Shown here piece by piece: positions 1 through 14,921 of a stretch of 64,000 nt of DNA; the stretch's first letter is position 1, and each line of letters begins with the position of its first letter. This DNA comes from the human T2T-CHM13v2.0 reference genome, Homo sapiens: NCBI RefSeq assembly GCF_009914755.1, contig NC_060932.1; one strand, 5' to 3'. Under the pieces are notes generated by a model. It saw only the letters and a program-made list of their open reading frames with translations. It did no database searches and was not told where the DNA came from. Both the position numbers and the translations under genes were made by a program.

Positions 1-86
1 TTATTTTTGTAGAAAAGCAAACAAAGATACAAACATTAAATCATGCAAATCAGACCTGATGAAAAATAACTTAGAAAAACTTTCTT

Positions 87-369
<283 letters not shown>

Positions 370-1899
370 CACAAAACTTTCTCAATTTCAGGTTTCTCTG
401 TCTAGACACAAGTACTCCTACTTGAGAAATACTTTTTCTTTCTCCCTGCTTTTGTCCATCATCCTACAAGAGTTTTCTCTGGATTCTCCTAGCCATAGAG
501 AAGGCATCACCTCTCACGTGTTGCCTGGAGCAATCTCTGTTCAGGCTGGTCATCACCCCTCTTTGAAACAGTAGCTTTAAATTTAACCTGATTGGAGGCT
601 CTTACAAAGCAATCTCCTCAGTGGTGTTCCCCTCTCACCTCTGCAGAGTGTCTCTCTCCTGGATAGAATCACAGCTATGATACATAAAAGCAGTACAATC
701 TGGGCAAGTTTCTTACTTCGACCTCCTCAATCCTACAGTAGAAACAATAATAGCATATACATGAAATTGTGGCAAAGATTACATGACTCAACATACCCAA
801 GGCTCTTAGAATAGTGCTTGGCATGCAGTAAACCCTAGATACACGTTACTGTCATATGGGGTTGACCTTCCAAGTGAATTTCTTCTTTTAGCTATTTTAT
901 TAATAATTCTGTGTTATTTTTTAGTTATTAGTGTAAAATGAGATGATGTTTTGAAATATCTGTGTGTACTATAAGACCTTGGTGTTGGCATTTATCTCCA
1001 GACTTTTTTTTTCTCCAGACTTTTCAGAAGGAAAAATCCTGTCTTGGGGCTACAAGGTTTTCACACACCTGTGCCCCACCTTATCACTCTAACTTTATCT
1101 CTTTATCCCTGCGGGCCCCAGTTCCATCAATGTCTGCTCAGCTTGACGTTGTTCTCCAGTAAACCAGACCTTGCTCAAATCCCAAAACTTCTTTCAAATT
1201 CTGCCCCTGTTAATCCCTCTAAAAACTTTCTGGTGGCATTGCTGATTTGTGGATGCCACTTTTTATGCATAACTCTCTCTTTTTCTTCTACATTTGCCTT
1301 TTGTTGCCTCATCTGAACTATAACTTATTGAAGATAATGTTCCTTCCTTCTAAAGCACCTAACACAAAAGGACCGATTTTTGTACATTTTGTTTTTGTTA
1401 GTATTTTTAGAGCCAAATTCATCTTTCACAGAATCTATGAAGATGTATATACTGGTAATGTTTGGGACTTAGTGAGGAAGAATTTCCAGAAAAATTATAG
1501 TAAAGATTGAAGTGTAAAAAGATGTAAATAAACAGAAAAAAATGTAAATATCATAAGTTGTCTAACCTACAAAGTAAAGCTACCGTAGCTTTTTTTTGTC
1601 CATATTTCACTGGCTGTTGTGATAAATCACTCCAAAGAGCTGTTGCATTCTCCAGGGTTCCTGAGGTCACTACTTTCTAGCCCTGCACTAAAAACCAGGT
1701 CCTACATAGGACAAATACTCTTCAAAATATCTATTCTTCCTAATAAAATTGATTTACACATCTAATTTAGGTTTATTGAAGACATTTTAGAAAATAAATT
1801 TTTTACTCAATAAATAATTTACTCAATAATTTACTCAATAATTATTTGAGTAAATAATACAGGCAAATAATTAATATCTTTGCTATGTTAAATCTATTT

Positions 1900-2148
1900 T
1901 GATTTTGCTATTAATTTGATTCACATTGTGTTGTAAAATACAAAGTATATAATTTAAACGCAATAGCACCCATCAAACATATACACATTCGTGAACTTTG
2001 ACAAATGCACAAATTCATGTAACCACCACCTCAGTTAAAATGTGAAACTTTTCCATCACTACAAATGCTTTCTTAGCACCCTTTGCAGTCAGTTTCTCTC
2101 TACTCCCTGCCTCCAAAATCACTGATTTGCTTTCTATCACTCAAGACT
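1900..2148 (-). mobile_element. Old L1M 3' fragment
   Basis: gtgaactttgacaaatgcac...catgtaaccaccacc...ttccatcac motif typical of L1M 3' ends. Confidence 0.55.
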
Positions 2149-2174
2149 TTAAATAGTACTAAACCCTAAATATA

Positions 2175-3075
2175 CAGTTGACCCTTGAGCAACTCAGGGG
2201 TTAGCGGCACTGATCTCACAGTAAATAATCTAGGTATAACTTTAAACTCCCCCAAAATTTAATTACTAACAGCCTACAGTTGGCTGGAAACCTTACCAAT
2301 AACATTAAGACTCAATTAACACATATTTTGTATGTTATGTGTATTAAGTACTGTATTCTTATCATTAAGTAAGCTACAGAAAAGAAAATATTATAACAAT
2401 CATAAGGAAGAGAAAATAAAAAAGAGAAAATTGACGTGCTTCCAGCGTCACTAGTGGCACTTTGTATGGGTCCCATGGTGTTACTCAAGGTTTACAGTAT
2501 TGCACTAAACACCATGAAAAATATTTGAGTACCACAAGATATCACTTTTTACTGTGATACACAATTTACTGGAGAGAGAGAAGGCTCACACAGAGATGAT
2601 TAGTGTCACATGCTGTTTTAAGCAGCTACTCACAACACTAAAGCTCACCACAATAGTAACAGGAGGTGGCTACAAAATTGTTACAGTATTATAGTACATA
2701 TTACAAGTTAATTGTAAGCATTTATGATTTCATACCGCATCTTTATGTTTGTTTATATTTCTCTGGACTACAGATGGTGCCATATACAATCTGTAAGTAT
2801 TTGTGTGCTAAGTTTGGAGAAATTTTAAGTTTTTATAATAGATTTGTTTATATTTTATAGTAGTAAATAATAAAATAGACTAACGTCTACATATATTTCA
2901 TGAATTCATGATTTACCTTTTTCTTTTTTTTTCTTGGTATTTCTAGGCTGTGTGGTTTGTGAGTTTTTCACAAATTGTCACACATGTACAAAAGAATTTT
3001 CCAATATATTTACTGAAAAACATCTCTATATAAATGGACTCATAGTTCAAATCCATGTTGTGAAAAGGTCAATTG
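2175..3075. mobile_element. Tigger2-family non-autonomous DNA transposon
   Basis: TIRs cagttgacccttga... / ...aaaggtcaattg flanked by TA on both sides. Confidence 0.85.
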
Positions 3076-3331
3076 TACTGTTTTTTCCTATACATACATA
3101 CCTATAATAAAGCATAATTTATAAATCAGACACAGGAAGAGAGTAACAAAAATAATTAATAATAAAATTAAATAATGATAACAATATACTGTATTAAAAG
3201 CTATGTGAATGTGGTCTCTCTGTCTCTCAGAATATCCTATTATACTGTACTCAGTTATTTTCAGACTGCTCTTGACCTCTAGTAACTGAAACTGAGGAAA
3301 GTGAAACCACGGATATGCAGAGACTACTGTA
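3076..3331 (-). mobile_element. MER44A-like (Tigger7 derivative); continues at ~2152-2174 on the other side of the Tigger2 insert
   Basis: Ends ...aaccacggatatgcagagactactg-ta; internal sequence matches recalled MER44A consensus. Confidence 0.75.
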
Positions 3332-3612
3332 AAAAGAATACGGTATACATAAGTATTTTTAAAAGAAGGCATACGGTATTGTGGAAACTATAAGTGTATT
3401 CGACTCAATCAGGGTGTTCAAGTAGGTTCAAGTAATGCATCTCTAGACAAGCTCCTCTCCCATTCCTTCCAGTAGGAATTTCAAATTTTTCTCCACTTTC
3501 CTCAAGCATGTTATTCTACTACCAACCTCCTCATTTTTGGTAGAGTTTCTCCACAGACTTCTTTTTTTGTAGCCAACATTCCAAACATATATAAGCAATA
3601 ACACAATCCAAG

Positions 3613-3915
3613 TTGTTTTTTTTTTTTTTTTTTGAGACGGAATGTCTCTCTGTCGCCAAGGCCGGAGTGCAGTGGTACAATCTCGGCTCACTATAACCTC
3701 TGCCTCCCGGGTTCAAGCAATTCTCCTGCCTCAGCCTCTTGAGTAACTGGGATTACAGGCAGTTGCCACTACGCCAGGCTACTTTTTGTAATTTTAGTAG
3801 AGATGGGGTTTCACCATGTTGGCCAGGCTGGTCTCAAACTCCTGACCTCAAGTGATCTGCCCGCCTTGGCCTCCCAATGTGCTGGGGTTACAGGAGTGAG
3901 CCACCATGCCCAGAC
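3613..3915 (-). mobile_element. Alu (S-type)
   Basis: Full dimer, polyT at left. Confidence 0.95.
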
Positions 3916-4182
3916 TTTTTTTTTTTTTTAATTTGTAGTCACTTTATTAACCTGACTACACAGATATAAGCAGCATGTAATCAGAAAGTTACAAGTAAAC
4001 AAAAATGATACATAAAAATTTCTGTTCACAAAAGTCACATATGCAAGCACATGAATTAGAAGTTTAAGTCTAGAATTATGGCTAGACTATTTTTAAAATG
4101 CAGAAATGTAAAATTACCTCTTGAAAACATGAGAGATGGTCTACCCCTCTCAAAAATCAAATCTTGCTGCAGGATCTCCACC
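3916..4182 (-). pseudogene. Candidate retrocopy of an unidentified mRNA 3' end
   Basis: Minus-strand AATAAA (3948-3943) 13 nt before an A14 tail; flanking gactttt duplication (3913-3919 / 4183-4189) at a TT/AAAA site. Confidence 0.5.
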
Positions 4183-4620
4183 GACTTTTAACAATATGTT
4201 TTTTTCTGAGAAGTCTTCCCTCAATCTAATATTCTATTGACTGATAACATTATTTCTCTTTATCTTGGAGATGTAAAATCTTGTTTAGGATGTATATATG
4301 TGAGGATTTTTTAAAATTACTTTCTCTTACAATATGATGATCTCTTTCAAAACTGCTGATCAGCAAAGAAGTTTTTCTTCAATTATGTCATTGATGATTT
4401 CAACTCATCTAAGATCATATTATTTTCAATGTTAATACCTGTAATTCTTAGGCTAGTTCTGTTTTCTCTGTCCTCCATAGTCATCATGTTTACCCTTGCT
4501 TTCATCTTTTGTCATTTTTTTTCTTTCTTCCATGAGCTTTTCTCATGTTTGTCCTGCTCATCACTGATTTATCCTGGTCAGAAACTCCTCATATATCCAT
4601 TTTACAAAATTACACTGGTA

Positions 4621-4935
4621 TTTGCAATGACCTGGATGAGACTGGAGACTATTATTCTAAGTAAAGTAACTCAGGAATAGAAAACCAAACATCATAACTT
4701 ATCGCTGATATATGGGAGCTAAGCTATGAGGACGCAAAGGCATAAGAATGATAAAATGGATTTTGTGGACTTGGAAGAGTGGGAGGGGTCAAGGGATAAA
4801 AGACTACAAATATGGTGCAGTGTATACTACTTGGCTGATAGGTGCACCAAAATCTCACAAATCACCACTAAAGAACTTATTCATGTAACCAAATACCACC
4901 TGTACCCCAATCACTTACGGAAAAATAAAATTTTT
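4621..4935 (+). mobile_element. L1PB-like 3' end, 5'-truncated
   Basis: ORF2 tail (MTWMRLETIILSKVTQE) plus 3'UTR; degenerate TSD aaaattacactggta / aaaatgacacttgta. Confidence 0.85.
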
Positions 4936-5824
4936 TAAAAATGACACTTGTACCCCATAAACTTAGATGAACAAAATAAAACAAATTTAAAACCTCTCCA
5001 ATGTTTATTTTACTCTCTACTGCTACTGCTATGCATTTTAATACAGCTATCTTTATTTTCTTTGTATATTTCACCTCCTTTCCTTATTATGTAATTTTGG
5101 GGTTTTTTCCCCTATTGTGTTACTTCTTTCTCTCAGGTATCATTTCCCTAGAATCTTTGCTCCTATTTTATAAAAGGCCTCTTGTATTCTTGTAAAATTT
5201 TATGTCAAAATTTCCCTTTGCCTGCTATATAAAATGTATTTCAGAAGAGGGTTCTTCCTGTGAGTCTTCAGAATAACGGAACTTTTCCCTTTCTGCATAT
5301 TTATTGGTCCTACGGTTTCTGATGTTGGGACTGTTGTCTTATTTTGTTGAAACTAATTTTGAAAGAAGGAAAATTCTATCCAGACATGGTGTTTGACAAC
5401 AAGTCTCTGCAAATTGCCTTTGGCTTTTCTCACTGCCCATTTGGCTGTTAGTTCAATCCTGTGTTCAGATTAATTGCTGGGTCAAGAAGGGAGGGTAGGA
5501 GTGAGAGTTTAATATGTTTTATATGGACCCCATTTCCAAGCATGCACTCATTTGTTTTAACTTTTCTGACTTGAAATGGGATTCTCTCTAATTCCTAGTG
5601 CCTAATTATTTATTTCTCTAAACCTAATTTCCCCAGTGTTTTCACTAATCAGAGATCAGGGCTTGTCCTATCTCTGCCTTGCTCTGTTCCTTACTTAGCC
5701 CACTTCCAAAATTGTTTTATTATGGAAACATAACTCCCACAATGTAATGCTTACTGCTTTGTGAAAAAGGAGATAAAGATGTTATACATTCATAGTTTTG
5801 TGTCCCTAGTGGGGTAGAGAGAAG

Positions 5825-6140
5825 TTTTTGTTTGTTTGTATGTTTGTTTGTTTGTCTTTGAGATGGAGTCTTGCACTGTCGCCCGGGCTGGTGTGCAGTG
5901 GCACGATCGCGGCTCGCTGCAAACTCCACCTCCCAGGTTCAAGCAATTCTCCTGCCTCAGCCTCGTGAGTAGCTAACATTACAGGCTCCTGCCACCACGC
6001 CTGGCTAATTTTTTGTATTTTTAGTAGAGACAAGGTTTCACTATGTTGGCCAGGCTGGTCTCGAACTCCTGACCTTGTGGTCCACCAGCCTCGGCCTCCC
6101 AAAGTGCTGGGATTGCAGGCGTGAGCCACCACGCCTGGCC
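5825..6140 (-). mobile_element. Alu (S-type) with (TTTG)n tail
   Basis: Full dimer. Confidence 0.95.
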
Positions 6141-6425
6141 GAGAGTAGTAGGAAAATTACTCTAACTCACAAACATAGAACTAAGCGTTAGAGGGGAAAT
6201 TGATGAATTTTCTTGTTCGTAATAGTTTAACCAATATTTGAATTGAGGTCTGTTTGATTACATCGTCCAAGTTAATATAGTAGATACTGCTTCTTGAAGC
6301 CAATATATTGCCTTAAAAAGATAGAACCAGAAACTTTTCTATCCTGTGTTTACTACCAGATACACAAAAGAGGACACTTTTCTAGCCCTCACAGATGCAA
6401 ACATCCACTCATAAAATAACACAGT

Positions 6426-6552
6426 CAGGTGGGTGCAGTGGTGCACACCTATAGTCCCAGCTACTAGGCTGGGGCAGGAGAATCACATGAGTGTAGGAGT
6501 TTGAGACCATTCTGGGAAACATAGAGAGGCCCTGTCTCTTAACATAAAAAAT
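6426..6552 (+). mobile_element. Alu monomer (FLAM-like)
   Basis: Single diverged monomer with short A tail. Confidence 0.8.
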
Positions 6553-7257
6553 AGCAACACAACTTCTGTGCTAAATTCTACAGTAGCGATAAGGTAAAGG
6601 ATAAAGCCTTCTCATGCAAGCATTAGACAGTTGTTCCCATAATACGATCAACTCCTGTTTGTATAGAATACTAAAAGAAATGGGGTATTTGAGGTAAACA
6701 AGAACTGTGGGACATTAGGTGTGGTCTGATTCATGCCGAAACAGCAGGAGTATCACTCCCTTTGGTCTGGATACTGCAGTCCTGTTAATTCAGCCCCAGA
6801 TCAAATTATTCTCTTGGCAGTCTCTACACAGTAGTGACTCATGTTGGGCTGGCAGTCAACTGAAATCACTAATCCCTCTCACACGTGCAGCTGTTCAGCT
6901 ACGTCTCCCCCATCCTGGCCTGTGCGGCTCTTCTTAGAGCCTGAATGCTGTGTCTTCATATTGCATAAAATCATTTCATTTACTAGTATGGAAGATCCAT
7001 ACACTGCAAAATCATCATAACACAGGGACGAACTAAGTTTGAACTGTTATTAACTTGCCCTTTAAGTCTATAGGACTAAATACATAAGCAAGAGATGCAA
7101 AGAATTAGGAATAATGTCACTTTTTTCCAAACTCTCACATCTAATAAATCAACAGTTTTCTTCTGTCCTCCTCCTGAATGGAGAAGAGATCCCACAGATT
7201 CTCTGAATTTATTTTTTCTCTGGAAAGGTCCCAGTGAGGAACTTGGGGAAATTCTTA

Positions 7258-7615
<358 letters not shown>

Positions 7616-9446
7616 TCAGACTTCACTCTGAATGTCTGTATGTTCCATTGGGAAAGGTGGCTTCCCTCTTTCAAATGACTGGGCCACGCTAAAAGGAAAC
7701 TAATGTTTTTCTGAACATTTGCTCTATTTATTTAGGTTTAGGCATTTATGTGTGTTATTTTTATCATTGCGCCAACCTTGTAAGTTATATATTACTTTTT
7801 CTTTTATTGTGACAGAACCAGCAGTACAGAAAGAATAAGGATATTATCCCAAGTTACACAGAAAGTAAATGAGAGAACCAGGATTTGAGCCTCAAACTAT
7901 CTGGATTTAAGGCCTAATCTATTCAATGTACCTCACAGATACTCCTTGTTGATGTACAGAAAGCAGCCAACCCTAGGAGAAAAGCTCTAGGGTGGAAAAA
8001 TTAAACGAAAAACTATCCTGAAGGGAAGATAAGGAAGTAGTATAGTTACTTTGGTCTTAGTTTCCAGAGCAATGCCAAAGTCATAATAGGTACTCAGTAA
8101 ATCATTGCAATGTAATGAATGGCCAGGCAATGGTCAGATATTTTCAGTTTTGCTCATTAAACCTGTAACATTCAATTAATCAGCAGGAATTGATTAAGCT
8201 CTTGCTGCGTTTGCAATACCTCGTGGGGTATCACTGGATATGTGATAAATTAAGACAATCTAATTTTGGTGAAACCTAATATACATAACCAACACTGTCC
8301 AGTTTAATCAAGTACCAAAATGCATGATACCAATTGTTGATGTTATATATTTGGAAATAGAATGCTGTAGGAGATTTTGGGGGGAGGTATCATGGAGCAC
8401 ATAATTCTCGTATGATGTCATCCTTGAAGGATTCGTAGAAGGTTAGTGCCTTCCATAGGAGGAAAGAATCATGAGGAAGGAAGGCATAAGTACAGAATGT
8501 TTTGAGGAAAGGAAGAAAAAGAGATATAGGAGTAATAGGAAATTATTGTAAGGGTTATAGTAATGTTGACTGCTGTAATAAATAAATTGAACATTTATAA
8601 TGCATGGAAAATTTTACTGAGAAGCTCTCTAGAACTAGATCCAGTAGTGCCAAACATTTCCACTCACATTCCATTGACCAGAACTCAAATATGTGATCAC
8701 ACCTCACTGCAAAGGACGGTGCCCATCTGTGTACCCGGGAGAAGAGGAAGAGTTTTTGGGGAGTAGCTAATCAGTCTCCAACAGAAATGAACTTGGCAAA
8801 AAACAAAAACACATAGAGCTAAAGGTTGAGACCTGCTCTCTTTCTGATCTCTTTGTGCTTCTGTTTTCTTAATTGCAAAATGGAGCTAATGGCCCTCGGT
8901 AGCATACTCATAAGGATGTTCTTAGGAGGCCCAAATGAGATAATGAATATAACATTTCTTGGAAAATTTGAATGGTTTCTGATCATTTGTATGATATTGA
9001 GTTGGCTTGTCAGACACTAGAAAATTGCTATACTTTATATAAAAACAGTGGAGAATACAAAATAAGTTCAAGGATCAATTTTAGCAAGAAAGTTGGACTG
9101 GGGAAAAAAATAAGACACTATCCTTTCAAGACTAACTATTGATCCAAAAATTCTACCTAATATTTAGGCAAATTTTTGCCTAAATTTTTTTGCCTTAACT
9201 AATATTTAGTACCACCTAGTACTAAATATAATAGTACTACATTTTTCTTAGTACTCAGAAAATACATATCCAGGTCATACTTATGAAAGAGAATTCTGGG
9301 AGTGAGTATGTAGGACAAAAGGAAGGAAAGGAGGAAGATAGAGCAAAACAGGAAGATGCGCTATAGAAGGGTTGGAGCAGGCTATTTACCTTACACCAGT
9401 CCATTTTGTATGTTACGGTATTTAATTATGAAAACAATTATGAGGT

Positions 9447-9761
<315 letters not shown>

Positions 9762-10405
9762 TTATGAGGTATTATTTTATCCATTTTGTAAAGTAGAAAG
9801 CAAAAGTTTGTAGAAAGTGTATCAGTTGGACAATATTTCATTACCAGTGGTTAGCGGAACCAGAGTTTGAACCTGAATCACATTCCAAATTCATTTGTTT
9901 CTCCCTACTCCTCATTTCTGCCATTAATTAGTGAGGTAGGAGAATGTTGGAGGAATTAACCTTTTTTGAAAGTCTCTTTAGTAAAATCAGACTCAGAATC
10001 CTAGAGCTTACAGGGTCATTAGAAACCAGCTAGTCAAATGTCCTACTCTAACAGATGAAAAATGAGGAAGAGAAAGGGGAGGTGCCTTGCCCAGGATCAG
10101 AGAGTATTTTAATGGCAGAGCCAGACCTAGAAAAACCCAAATCTCCTGATTTATGGTCCATTACAAAAGTTTTGACTAGGGAACTGTTTTTTTAAAATAG
10201 TGTGTGATGCTATAAAGTCACACACTGGATACAGAAATATACATCTAAAAATTTCCCCAGATTAATGTTTCCCCTGTGGGTTTTCGAGACAGGGGAGCTA
10301 AGTTAGTGGGTAGTTTCTGACTTAGGGTTCAGCAAGTGGGGTGGTATGAGCACTGAGCTGGTTGGAATTACAAGCAGCCTCAGTTGTATAAACGAGTCTG
10401 AATTA

Positions 10406-11083
10406 TTTTTTTTCTTTTAACTTTTATTTCAGGTTCAGGGTATATGTGCAGGTTTGTTCTATAGGTAAACTCATTTCATGGGAGTTTGTTGTACAGATTA
10501 TCTTGTCACCCAGCCTGGTACCCAATAGTTATTTTTTCTGATCCCCTCCGTCTTCCCACCCTAAATTATGCTCCAGTGTGTGTTGTTCCCCTCCAAGTGT
10601 CCATGTGTTCTCATCATTTAGCTCCCACTTAGAAGTAAGAACATGGGGTATTTGGTTTCCTGTTTGTTCCTGCATTAGTTGCTAAGGATGATGGCCTCCA
10701 GCTACATCCACGTTCCTGCAAAGGACATGATCTCATTCTTTTTTATGGCTGCATAGTATTCCATAGTGTACATGTATCATATTTGCTTTATCCAGTCTAC
10801 CACTGATGGGCATTTAGGTTGATTGCATGTCTTTGCTATTGTGAATAATGCTGCAGTGAACATACAAGTACATGTGTCTTTATGGTATAATGATTTATAT
10901 TCCTTTGGGTATATGCCCAGTAATGGGATTACTGGTCAAACGGTAGTTCTATTTTCAGCTCTTTGAGGAATTGCCACACTGTTTTCCACAATGATTGAAC
11001 TAATTTACACTCCCACCAACAGTGTATAAGCATTCTAGAATAAGCATTCCCTTTTTCTGCAACCTCCATAGCATGTTATCTTT
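10406..11083 (-). mobile_element. Older L1PA 3' end
   Basis: polyT, L1 3'UTR and ORF2 tail in antisense. Confidence 0.9.
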
Positions 11084-11745
11084 GGCTAGTCAGGGTTCTT
11101 TTTTTTTCTTCAACTTTTATTTTAAATTCTGGGGTACATGTGCAGGATGTGCAGGTTTGTTACATAGGTAAATGTGTGCCATGGTGGTTTGCTGCACAGA
11201 TCAACCCATCACCTAGGTATTAAGCCCAGCATCCATTAGCTATTCTTCCTGATGCTCTCCCTACTCCTGCCCCGCAACAGGCCCCAGTGTATGTTGTTCC
11301 CCTACATGTGTCTGTTTTCTCATTATTCAGCTCCAACTTACAAGTGAGAATGTTTGGTGTTTGGTTTTCCATTCCTGCATTAGTTTGCTGGGGATAATGG
11401 CTTCCAGCTCTGTCCATGTCCCTGCAAAGGACATGAACAGCTGCATAGTATTCCATGGTGTATATGCACCACATTTTTTAAAATCCAGTCTATTATTGAT
11501 GGGCATTTGGATTGATTCCATGTCTTTGCTATTGTGAATAGTGCTGCAATGAACATATGCGTGCATGTATCTCTATGAGAGAATGACTTATATTCTTTTG
11601 GGTACATACCCAGTAATTCGACTGCTGGGTCAAATGGTATTTCTGCTTCTAGATCTTCAAGGAATTTCCATGCTGTCTTTCCACAATAGTTGAACTAATT
11701 TACACTCCCACCAACAAGGTAAAAGTGTTCCTTTTTCTCTACAAC

Positions 11746-12102
11746 TGTATTAGTCCATTTTCACGCTGCTGATAAAGACACACCCGAGACTGGGCAATTT
11801 ATAAAAGAAAGAGATTTAACTGGACTTACAGTTCCACATGGCTGGGGAAGCCTCACAATCATGGCAGAAGGTGAGGAAAAGCAAGTCACGTCTTACATGG
11901 ATGGCAGCAGGCAAAGAGGTAGAACTTGTGCAGAGGAACTCCTCTTTTTAAAACCATCTCATCTCATGAGACTCATTCACCATCAGGAGAACAGCACAGG
12001 AAAGCCCTGACCCCATGGTTCAACCACTTCCCACTGGGTCCCTCCCACAACATGTGGGAATTCAAGATGAGATTTGGGTGGAAACACAGCCAAACCGTAT
12101 CA
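11746..12102 (-). mobile_element. THE1 (MaLR) solo LTR
   Basis: tgtattagtccattttcacgctgctgataaagac...cagccaaaccgtatca; 5-bp TSD acaac/gcaac. Confidence 0.92.
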
Positions 12103-12131
12103 GCAACCTTGCCAGCATATATTATTTCTTG

Positions 12132-12434
12132 ATTTTTTTTTTTTTGAGACCTGCTCTGTCTCCAGGCTGGAGTGCAGTGGCTTGATCTCAGCTTGCTGCA
12201 ACCTCAGCTCGCTGCAACCTCTGCCTTCCAGGTTCAGGTGATTCCCCTGCCTCAGCCTCTGGAGTAGCTGGGACTACGGATGCGCACCACCATGCCCGGC
12301 TAATTTTTTGTATTTTAGTGGAGATGGGGTTTCACCATGTTGGCCAGGCTGGTCTTGAACTCCTGACCTCCTGATCTGCCCGCCTCAGCCTCCCGAAGTG
12401 CTGGGGTTACAGGTGTGAGTCACCGCAACCAGCC
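12132..12434 (-). mobile_element. Alu (S-type) with internal 16-bp tandem duplication
   Basis: Inside L1; ctcagcttgctgcaac-ctcagctcgctgcaac at 12187-12218. Confidence 0.93.
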
Positions 12435-13645
12435 TGTTTCTTGGTTTTTCAATCATCATTCTGACTGGCATGAGATGGTATCTCACTGTTGTTTTGATTT
12501 GCATTTCTCTAATGATTAGTGATGTTGAGCTTTTCTTCATGTTTGTTGGCCACATGAATGTCTTCTTTTGAAAAGTGTCTGTTCATGTCCTTTGTCCACT
12601 GTTGAATGAGGTTGCTTGATTTTTTTCTTGTAAATGTGCTTAAGTTCCTTGTAGACTGGATATTAGACCTTTGTCAGATAAATGGATTGCAAAAATGTTC
12701 TCCCGTTCTGTAGATTGTCTGTTCACTCTGATGATAGCTTCTTTTGTTGTGCAGAAGCTCTTTACCTTAATTGGGTCCTATTTGTCAATTTTTGCTTTTG
12801 GTGCAATTGCTTTTGGCGATTCCATCACGAAATCTTTCCCGTGCCTATGTCCTGAATGGTATTGCCTAGATTTTCTCCTAGGGTTTTTATAGTGTTGGGT
12901 TAAGAATTTAATCCATCTTGAATTAATTTTTGTATAAGGTGTAAGAAAGGGGTCCAGTTTCAATTTGCTGGTCAAGATTCTTAAGGGAGTTACAGAATGG
13001 ACTACCTGGTGTGTTGAAAGGGACCCTGGGTTGAGAGCTAGGAGATATGATTCTCAGGCTTGGGTGCCCCTGTCTACCGCTATGACCTTAGCCCTCATTT
13101 CATTTTTCTGTGCCACAGCCCCCGTTACTATTCACTTTGTAAAGTAATCCTAGATAGTAACTGATCTATGCACTGTCTTCCAGGCTACTTGTACTAGCTA
13201 GAAAATTAATTAATGCACTGAAGCAAACAGCCTATCTTATCACCACCACTACACAAACACACCCACACACACACACAAAATGAAAGAATATTTACCTGTT
13301 TCAGACAGGTATACTTATAATGCAAATGTGCATTTTGGATGTGCTAATATTTTTTATTATGCGAGACACACTAACAGATCTCATATGTGCTAAAGTGACT
13401 TTCCAAACAAGCTAATAACAAAAATAATAAGAATGAACTACAGTGTATTTCATGCTTTATCTCATTTCCTTCACAATAATCCTATGAGCTGAGGAGCCTA
13501 CATTTTAGAAAACCAAGGCTCAGAGAGGTTATGTGTCTTAATGAATATCACACAGAGTGAAGACTAGGTTTGATCTTAACTATCAGCAAATATCCAAAAG
13601 ACTATGTGCAGTTCCCCACAGCATCACCTACCTAAGAGCTTGTTA

Positions 13646-14024
<379 letters not shown>

Positions 14025-14168
14025 CCTTCACTGAACTTTCATTTAGCACTGGGGATGCAAGACAAGTAGATGAGACACATTAATTAGGTTAATAAAGTAT
14101 AACATCTCTGACTCTGAGATTTTTTGTGTGTCTTAAATTAAGTCAGGCTTTATTCTGAGACTGACCAA

Positions 14169-14921
<753 letters not shown>

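Larger units (their letters stand above)
11101..12966 (-). mobile_element. L1PA 3' portion interrupted by THE1 LTR and Alu
   Basis: ORF2-like peptides (YPKEYKSF..HMFIAALFTIAKTWNQ; KLDPFLTPYTKINSRWIK); degenerate TSD ctagtcagggttctt / ctggtcaagattctt. Confidence 0.92.

Noticed and set aside
11220-12975. Peptides resembling reverse transcriptase ORF2
   Set aside because: Frameshifted, interrupted L1 3' fossil; not functional
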